From: an uncultured Candidatus Saccharibacteria bacterium
GTDB taxonomy: Bacteria > Patescibacteriota > Minisyncoccia > Phycocordibacterales > SBAW01
Length of the DNA: 40,506 bases
Assembly: GCA_964459335.1 (NCBI GenBank)
Contig: CAYWJX010000004.1
Location: 1 to 40,506, forward strand
Reading direction: 5' to 3'
The notes below the pieces were generated by a model. It worked only from the letters and a program-made list of their open reading frames with translations, made no database searches and was not told where the DNA came from. The position numbers were made by a program, and so were the translations under genes. The stretch's first letter is position 1; each line of letters begins with the position of its first letter. Positions 34,244 to 40,506 of the stretch are shown here, one piece after another.

Positions 34244-34720
34244 ATGAAACGGCAAAAGTTTAAGTTGTGGCACTCGCTTTTAGGCACCGCTGCTCTCTTG
34301 GCAATTGAAGGGGTGCTGATACGCCTCTCCCCAATGCAGGGCGCGAGCGAGTGGATTGTGTTGAGTTTTGCGCTACTGGGTTCGGTTGTGAATATATACA
34401 TCGCAACGGAAGTCATTGAAGAGGTTAAAAATACCTCGCATATGCTTACGCTCCTTTTTTTGATAGTTATGGAGTTCGTGGTCCTTTTTGCTTTTCAATA
34501 CTGGTATATGCTGCTCGCACAATCGGCGAGTTTCCCCACACTTACCTCCGACCCCACGAGCCTGCTTTTACACAGCACAATGATATTTGTTTTCAATCCG
34601 TTGTACCTGCCGGCCACGGGAGCCGGTCGGGCGCTATTGCTCATTAACACACTGACCTCCTTAGGGCTTGTACTGTTTATATTGCAGAACGTTTGGCAGT
34701 TTCGTTCTAAAGATAAATAG
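34244..34720 (+). CDS. Multi-TM hypothetical protein with a two-TM ion-channel-like C-terminal half
   Basis: FA.QY...SF...LLHS.M...P.T..GR.L pattern; no TVGYG filter. Confidence 0.6.
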   Translation: MKRQKFKLWHSLLGTAALLAIEGVLIRLSPMQGASEWIVLSFALLGSVVNIYIATEVIEEVKNTSHMLTLLFLIVMEFVVLFAFQYWYMLLAQSASFPTLTSDPTSLLLHSTMIFVFNPLYLPATGAGRALLLINTLTSLGLVLFILQNVWQFRSKDK

Positions 34721-34891
34721 CTGAGCGGCTACGTCAGCTTCCTTATCTTTTGTGTGTTGATCACCCATCATGGTGTAACTCTACCGTTACCATAGTGAGA
34801 ACAGCATAAATAAACAACGCTGTATAAAATTAATCTAAATTTCAGCCGCAATGTTTATAATCGGTTTCAGATTGTAGAGGAGGAAACTTCG

Positions 34892-35089
34892 ATGCCCTTT
34901 GTACAGAGTGCCCTCGCGGCTTGTCTCGCATTGCTCAGTATCAGGTCCTCGGCTCGAGCAACCGCAACGCAGCCTTTCATGCCGTACGAAGAACCGCCCA
35001 CAGAGGACCAGTCGTCCCTCAAACAGAAATTCGAGAGGCAAGCCGACAATCGCTTGAAGGCAATGCTTCAGTCGCATATCGGCGGTTGA
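34892..35089 (+). CDS. Small secreted hypothetical protein (65 aa)
   Basis: GAGGAGG RBS, signal-like N-terminus, terminator downstream. Confidence 0.55.
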   Translation: MPFVQSALAACLALLSIRSSARATATQPFMPYEEPPTEDQSSLKQKFERQADNRLKAMLQSHIGG

Positions 35090-35101
35090 CATGCCGCATT
35101 A

Positions 35102-35130
35102 ACCCGACCTTACCAGTCGGGCTTTTCTTT
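35102..35130 (+). terminator. Intrinsic terminator
   Basis: CCCGAC-N7-GTCGGG followed by T-run. Confidence 0.65.
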
Positions 35131-35191
35131 TTCTTTCTTTCCCTACTTCCCTATCATCTTCTTAATCAAAGCTATGTATATAGTGAGCGAA

Positions 35192-35223
35192 AGTCAGCCC
35201 CGCTTTTAGCGGGGCTGACTTTC
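35192..35223. terminator. Intrinsic terminator downstream of the SPW-like gene
   Basis: Perfect 12-bp stem AGTCAGCCCCGC/GCGGGGCTGACT. Confidence 0.7.
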
Positions 35224-35231
35224 CTGCGGGA

Positions 35232-35414
35232 TTAGACAGTCCGTATTCTTTTTGAAGAAGGAGCTTCGGTTGCACCCCAAAATCCGGCCACCGCTATGAG
35301 AGCACCTAATACCCCAAACGACATCCCTAATGTCGTCCCCATAGTTGCGTAACCGTAGACCGCCACCGCTATGATAACGAGCCCGAGTATCGCGTTTGTC
35401 CAATTTTGCCACAT
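35232..35414 (-). CDS. Small two-TM membrane protein (SPW-repeat-like)
   Basis: MWQNWTNAILGL start, two hydrophobic helices. Confidence 0.65.
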   Translation of the reverse strand: MWQNWTNAILGLVIIAVAVYGYATMGTTLGMSFGVLGALIAVAGFWGATEAPSSKRIRTV

Positions 35415-35553
35415 ATACGTTTTTAATTATTTATAAATAAGCTTCCATTATCATCCATAGTGTGTGTTGGTGGAGTGAATCAAAAAAATGATACAACGTT
35501 GATCGCTTTAACGTAGGCTTCATGAGTACTCCATATAATCAGCCTATCGATTT

Positions 35554-36432
35554 ATGGGAACATATGTTGCACCCAAGCCCCTTTTTGTTGTTGCCCTAGC
35601 GGCAGTTGTGGGGTTTGGTTGCCTGGCACTGTGGGGGTCGTTATCATTGCGACCAGGTGCGGGTCTACCAGCGGCAGTTGCGGCAACGCAAGACAATTCA
35701 GCATCTACAACTCCGGAGACGCTGAACATGGTCGAACCTGTGGGGTTCAACTATATCGAAATTATCAACGGCTGTGGACCGTACTACGACACTGGGGTAT
35801 GCGTTAACATGCGCTCGGGTCCAGGCGTTCTGTACCCAGTGGTTGGGCGTTTGCGCACCGGCGTCGTACTCAAAGTGGAAAAAACCACGACGCAAAGCCA
35901 AGACGGGCGGAGTTGGTACAAAATTATTTTTGATGGAGAAATCCGCTACCCCGAGCGTGTGGCCGGAGACTGGTATGTTGCGGCCGACCCTACCTCGGTC
36001 CAGTTGCTTGAAAATATCGGCGACGAGTTTCTTACAAAAGATACGCCGCCGACCACTAAACGTATCTTGGTTGACCTCTCGGAAGAGATGCTTTACGCCT
36101 ACGATGGCGATACGCTCTTTATGCAGGACCCTATATCGACCGGCCTCGATGGTACGCCGACACCTATCGGCACCTTTACGGTATACAAAAAGACCCCGAG
36201 CCGCTACATGCAAGGGCCGATACCTGGCGTGAGCGACCAATCCTACGACCTGCCCGGCGTGCCGTGGAATTTATACTTTACCAACGACGGCGCGGTTATC
36301 CATGGCGCGTACTGGCACAACCACTTTGGCGAACCGTGGTCGCATGGCTGTGTCAATTTGGCGCCGCAAGAGGCAAAAAAGCTCTATATGTGGGCCGATG
36401 TCGGCACAACGGTTACCGTCGTACAAAATTAA
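35554..36432 (+). CDS. L,D-transpeptidase (YkuD) with TM and SH3-like domain
   Basis: CVNMRSGPG..Y.VV; IHGAYWHNHFGEPWSHGCVN catalytic motif. Confidence 0.92.
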   Translation: MGTYVAPKPLFVVALAAVVGFGCLALWGSLSLRPGAGLPAAVAATQDNSASTTPETLNMVEPVGFNYIEIINGCGPYYDTGVCVNMRSGPGVLYPVVGRLRTGVVLKVEKTTTQSQDGRSWYKIIFDGEIRYPERVAGDWYVAADPTSVQLLENIGDEFLTKDTPPTTKRILVDLSEEMLYAYDGDTLFMQDPISTGLDGTPTPIGTFTVYKKTPSRYMQGPIPGVSDQSYDLPGVPWNLYFTNDGAVIHGAYWHNHFGEPWSHGCVNLAPQEAKKLYMWADVGTTVTVVQN

Positions 36433-36494
36433 GACACAATATGAAACCTGCGTGAAGTTACGAGGAAAAATATGTGTGGAAGAATGGCTAGGTA

Positions 36495-37085
36495 ATGCTC
36501 TCATTACCTCCTTCTATGACAGTGCCGCCGGTGACTTCTACTCTGGTCGCCACAACCAGTATTCCGGACGTACCGTTTTATTCTCAATTTAAAGACATCA
36601 CCTCCCCAACCTGGCAAAAAGTAGGTTGCGGGGTGACCAGCCTGGCGATGGTGATTGACTACTATACACCTGCTGCCGTACTGGTAAATACTTTGCTCAA
36701 ACAAGGTATCGCCGCAGGCGCATACGAGCCCAATGCCGGTTGGACATACAAGGGTTTGATTGATCTTAGTAATAAATATGGTCTCAATGGTGCCAGTTAT
36801 GACTTGGCAACATTGAGCACTGCCGCCGCCTTCGCGCAGTTTAGCGAATACCTAAAGGACGGCCCGGTGATAGTGTCGGTGCATTATAAGTTTGACCCCA
36901 AAAGCACGATACCGCACTTGGTAGTGATAAATGGGATTGTGGGCAACACTCTGTACTACAACGATCCAGCAGCCAAAACAGGAGAGGAACAAATCTCCAC
37001 TGCCAATTTTTTGAAAGGCTGGAAGAAACGTTTTATAGTCATCCGCCCCACAAAAGAAAGTGGCGTGGTTGCAGTAAACGAATAA
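36495..37085 (+). CDS. C39-like cysteine peptidase
   Basis: VPFYSQ, GCGVTSLAMV (Cys), PHLVVI (His), YYNDP (Asp). Confidence 0.85.
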   Translation: MLSLPPSMTVPPVTSTLVATTSIPDVPFYSQFKDITSPTWQKVGCGVTSLAMVIDYYTPAAVLVNTLLKQGIAAGAYEPNAGWTYKGLIDLSNKYGLNGASYDLATLSTAAAFAQFSEYLKDGPVIVSVHYKFDPKSTIPHLVVINGIVGNTLYYNDPAAKTGEEQISTANFLKGWKKRFIVIRPTKESGVVAVNE

Positions 37086-37121
37086 AAAATGAGGCAGTTG
37101 GTACTGCCCCGCTCTTGTCCT

Positions 37122-37391
37122 TCATACCCAGCAGGGCTGAATCGTTGTGATGCTGGTTCTGGCCCCCATGGACTCACTATTCAAATAACGAATAGCATTC
37201 GCATGCAAGCCATGTATAACCAGTGTGTTCATCCGCGCATGTGCTTCACGACGCATGTCGTCACGCCCTTCACCATGATCAAACTTGATTGGAGGGCCAA
37301 CAGACTCGCCCACATCTTGTCCAACCCATGAGAAACTTGGATCTTTTCTCTGGTGGACAAGCAGAAGAAAACTCTTCAATAATCCAACCAT
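37122..37391 (-). CDS. Possible hypothetical protein (89 aa)
   Basis: GGGAGG upstream of ATG 37391; fills a gap; no motif recognised. Confidence 0.3.
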   Translation of the reverse strand: MVGLLKSFLLLVHQRKDPSFSWVGQDVGESVGPPIKFDHGEGRDDMRREAHARMNTLVIHGLHANAIRYLNSESMGARTSITTIQPCWV

Positions 37392-37478
37392 CAAAGTATC
37401 CTCCCATCTTCACACCAAACACAGACCGACTTCCAATGGAAGCATGCGCCTGAATGGGAGCATTGTAAAGCACAGTTT

Positions 37479-37601
37479 TTATTTTGATTTGCGCTTGGGG
37501 ACTCGTATGCTTTCGGTAACGGTTGTTTTAGGGTTGGCTTTTGCCTTACCCTTGTGCACAAACCGCCCCGTTATAGCACTCCTCACTACTTTCTTTTTCA
37601 T
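37479..37601 (-). CDS. 40-aa basic microprotein
   Basis: MKKKVVRSAITGRFVHKGKAKANPKTTVTESIRVPKRKSK*; TAAAAT 6 nt before ATG; below ORF-track cutoff. Confidence 0.7.
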   Translation of the reverse strand: MKKKVVRSAITGRFVHKGKAKANPKTTVTESIRVPKRKSK

Positions 37602-37725
37602 GCCTCTATTTTACAACAGGTTTGCATGCTTCTAGCCTAATTTATAAACACTTGCGCTATATGGTAGGAGGCTTTAAACTCCAAAATACACGGACTAGAC
37701 CCTTCACCTCAGACAAGGAGAACCC

Positions 37726-38145
37726 GTGATGAGAACGTTCCTTTCAGCAATTCCGATAATCGGGTTGGCCGCTCTTCTGTCGACGTCCGCTTATGCTACC
37801 CCACCGCCTGTGGGTTGGGAGGGAGTTCCACTTGGTGTCAGAATCTCGTGCGACACACTCGACCAACTCAAGTCGCTGGCCGAGCAAGGCAACGTCTCGA
37901 TGGACGCCTTCGGCGCAAAGTACAAGGAATATCACGGAACCACAGGCGACAAGGGTGATCCTATGTGTGTCGTCGGCACTATCTCTGTGGTGGTTACTAT
38001 CGCGGATGAAGTTGACCTCGGAATCTCCTTCATGGAAGGTCATCCGGAGCACATCTGGGCGCTGCGTATAAAAACCGATGGCTCTGACTGGTGGCTTTTT
38101 GACGAAGAAAAGCTTACCAACTCATACTCTGAAACTCCTGCATAG
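37726..38145 (+). CDS. Secreted hypothetical protein (139 aa)
   Basis: AAGGAG RBS, signal peptide, two Cys, terminator at 38144-38166. Confidence 0.7.
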   Translation: MMRTFLSAIPIIGLAALLSTSAYATPPPVGWEGVPLGVRISCDTLDQLKSLAEQGNVSMDAFGAKYKEYHGTTGDKGDPMCVVGTISVVVTIADEVDLGISFMEGHPEHIWALRIKTDGSDWWLFDEEKLTNSYSETPA

Positions 38146-38201
38146 CCCTCACGGGGGCTTTTTTCTTTACCTCAGACAAGAAATGATACAATTGTGCTTA
38201 T

Positions 38202-38669
38202 ATGAAAAACACAATTAATAGTATGAGCAGGTTTTGGTACCAGCGGTCGTTGGGGTTGTTACTTATCCGCATTGCAACGGGTCTTATTTTTTTGGAGCAT
38301 GGATGGAGCAAAATCCACAATGTCGGCATGGTGAGCGGGATGATGGTGCACTTCGGGGTTATCGCACCGAGCTTCTTTGGCCCTTTTATCTCCTGGCTTG
38401 AAGTCATTGGCGGCCTTATGCTTATTTTTGGCATCCTTACACGCCCTGTTGCCGTTGCATTGGGTATCGAAATGCTTTTTGCAATCTTCCTTACCGGCTT
38501 TGGGCGCGGTTTAGGCGCACATGATTTGGAATTCATGCTTATGGCCGCCTCCTTCGGTATTGCACTCGCGGGGTCGGGCCGATTTTCGTTGTACCGGATG
38601 GAGTGTGCACACTGTGCCGGCATGCTCTGCAAGGGCGATGGAGATTGCCCGGCAAAAAAATCAGCTTGA
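38202..38669 (+). CDS. DoxX family membrane protein
   Basis: LLLIRIATGLIFLEHGWSKI, LEVIGGLMLIFGILTR, GSGRFSL. Confidence 0.92.
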   Translation: MKNTINSMSRFWYQRSLGLLLIRIATGLIFLEHGWSKIHNVGMVSGMMVHFGVIAPSFFGPFISWLEVIGGLMLIFGILTRPVAVALGIEMLFAIFLTGFGRGLGAHDLEFMLMAASFGIALAGSGRFSLYRMECAHCAGMLCKGDGDCPAKKSA

Positions 38670-38736
38670 TATCTTTGAAACTTTTTCGCCGCGGGCGCGT
38701 AGTATATATAGGAACGGCATAACATACGGAGCCCTC

Positions 38737-38985
38737 ATGCCTCAAGTTCTTCATCCTGCGGCTGGTTGCCTCCAGCTCCACTTTGGGACACTCGAAAGCG
38801 TTGAGGATGCAATCGACCTCTTCGACGCCGACCCGGTGATTGCCATCGTAATGCTACATAAGGCGCACCTGCTGTTTTCCAACAGCGGCTATGAGTTGCG
38901 ACTACCCAATCGCGCCAATAGGCGCGTCCTGAAGTTGCTGGAGCAGTACGGCATACCGTTTACGACAGACGTTGCGCTGTGTTAA
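38737..38985 (+). CDS. Small hypothetical protein (82 aa)
   Basis: GGAG RBS before ATG 38737; terminator GAGCC-CGACCC-GGCTC-T7 at ~39009-39030. Confidence 0.55.
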   Translation: MPQVLHPAAGCLQLHFGTLESVEDAIDLFDADPVIAIVMLHKAHLLFSNSGYELRLPNRANRRVLKLLEQYGIPFTTDVALC

Positions 38986-39155
38986 GCAGCTTCGTTCGTT
39001 ACCCAAGAGAGCCCGACCCGGCTCTTTTTTATATGGTGTACAAAAAAACAGAGCAGTTTCTATCCCGCAGACAATTACTGCGGGTTTTTATTTCCTATAT
39101 ATAAGCAACGGATTCGCATCCTCATACGTATAGTATCTTGTATTGCATTTTACTG

Positions 39156-40506
39156 ATGAAATATAACCGTATCGTTGAAATCATTTGGTTGCCTATAGTC
39201 TTGACGGTTCTTTTGGTTGCGGAGACACTCCTTTTTAACTGGTGGCTCAATATTGTGTGGGGGTCTTTTATGTGGCGCTGTGTTGCGGCATCGGTTGGTC
39301 TTAGTGTTGCCCTCTTTTTTCCATCGGTATTTTTTGCAAAGAGATATGCACGCTACCTGTACCTCACGGCGATATCTTTACTCGTGAGCCTTATTTTTAT
39401 TTCGCAATTCTTGTACTACCGATACTCCGGAGGATTTTTGCAGGCTTCATCACTTGTATACTCAAGCCAATCACTCGATCTCATCAGTACCATCAAGACA
39501 TTGCTCACGTACAAGTTGCTTGTTTTTATAGTGCCGTTGCTTGTGCTGACTGTGGGATATATTGCAATCGACACGGACACACAAGAGAAAAGACTTTCAA
39601 CAAAAGAAAAGGTTGTTGTATTTTTTTTGGTGGCCATTGTTATTTGCGGCGGATACGGCAGCCTCCTTATATCGGAGCATCTCACGTTTGGGAGCACCGA
39701 AGATTTATACGACAACAGCGACATGTACAACCTCTCTTCATTGGTGGCTAAAGTTGGTATCGTCAATTTTTATGCAGAAAGTTTAATCGAGTATGCCTTG
39801 GAGCCGCGTGTAGCAAGCGCATCCGATACGGCATTTTTAACCGAGTGGGCCAAAGGGAAGACACTGCCGCCACAGAGCTCCGACTTTGCTGCACTTAAGG
39901 GTAAAAATCTTATTTTTATTCAAGTAGAGTCGCTCGAAAATTGGGTCATAGGATACAGCGTCAACGGAGTAGAGGTTGCCCCAAATCTTACAGAACTTGC
40001 AGAAGACGGAACATACTTTACCAACTATTACTCGCAAGACGGTGAAGGCAACACCGCAGATGCGGAGTTTTCCACGCAAAACTCGTTGTATCCCCTTCCC
40101 GATGCAGTGGCGTTTAGCACCTATGCGGAAAATACGTACGATGCGTTGCCGCACCTGCTTGATACCAACGGGTATACCACAGCGGCAATGCACGGCGACG
40201 TTGCAACATTTTGGAATCGCTCCAATGCATATCCTTCGCTTGGCTACGAAGACGTATTCAGCAAGCCCGATTATATTGTGCCGCGACAAGTGGGGCCCGA
40301 AGGGTTGGGAGACGACGATTTTTTTGAGCAATCGCTCCCAAAATTAACATCTTTACGGCAACCGTTTATGGCAACGCTGATTACACTCAGCACGCACACG
40401 CCGTTTACATTGCCCGCCGATCTCGAAACGCTATCGATACCGAGTGACACAACGCTCACACCGACACAACAACAATATTTGGAAGCAGTGCATTACAGCG
40501 ACCAAG
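39156..40506 (+). CDS. LTA synthase family (LtaS-like sulfatase fold), runs off the window
   Basis: Absent from ORF track. About five TMs, then GKNLIFIQVESLE, GEGNTADAEF (catalytic Thr position), MHGD...FWNR, TLSTHTPF. Confidence 0.88.
   Translation, partial: MKYNRIVEIIWLPIVLTVLLVAETLLFNWWLNIVWGSFMWRCVAASVGLSVALFFPSVFFAKRYARYLYLTAISLLVSLIFISQFLYYRYSGGFLQASSLVYSSQSLDLISTIKTLLTYKLLVFIVPLLVLTVGYIAIDTDTQEKRLSTKEKVVVFFLVAIVICGGYGSLLISEHLTFGSTEDLYDNSDMYNLSSLVAKVGIVNFYAESLIEYALEPRVASASDTAFLTEWAKGKTLPPQSSDFAALKGKNLIFIQVESLENWVIGYSVNGVEVAPNLTELAEDGTYFTNYYSQDGEGNTADAEFSTQNSLYPLPDAVAFSTYAENTYDALPHLLDTNGYTTAAMHGDVATFWNRSNAYPSLGYEDVFSKPDYIVPRQVGPEGLGDDDFFEQSLPKLTSLRQPFMATLITLSTHTPFTLPADLETLSIPSDTTLTPTQQQYLEAVHYSDQ

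Noticed and set aside
1-40506. CRISPR array, rRNA, IS transposase or prophage structural genes
   Set aside because: No regularly spaced repeat-spacer units (the palindromes are dispersed) and no matching motifs seen.

Overview
Chromosomal window that looks like Patescibacteria/CPR (Parcubacteria-like; taxonomy inferred from gene content and divergence, standard code 11). Bases 1-24.6 kb are housekeeping genes, mostly on the minus strand: mraZ-rsmH-ftsL-like-ftsI-murF, lysS (class I), greA, mreB-mreC-mreD-like-mrdA, proS, rseP, frr, nth, holB-like, a second mreB, murA, a sufS-like gene, def-fmt and raiA. A few plus-strand ORFan cassettes are interspersed. tRNA-Asn(GTT) at 24791-24862 carries a ~3.85 kb integrated element (large serine recombinase, amber-interrupted Rep, NYN nuclease) bounded by a 9-bp repeat CGCGGAGCA. 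Excision through that repeat would swap the recombinase's tRNA-antisense C-terminus for a 30-aa tail stored at the far end of the element. The rest is an accessory region of small, secreted and membrane genes ending in a partial LTA-synthase-family gene. Unannotated structure includes: a 42-bp double-hairpin element inserted in frame in three protein genes, other palindromic insertions in rsmH and holB, a ~75-bp hairpin present twice with an identical loop and covarying stems, a 6S-like ncRNA candidate, and two microproteins below the ORF-track cutoff. No database searches or folding programs were run; all family calls come from motif recognition.
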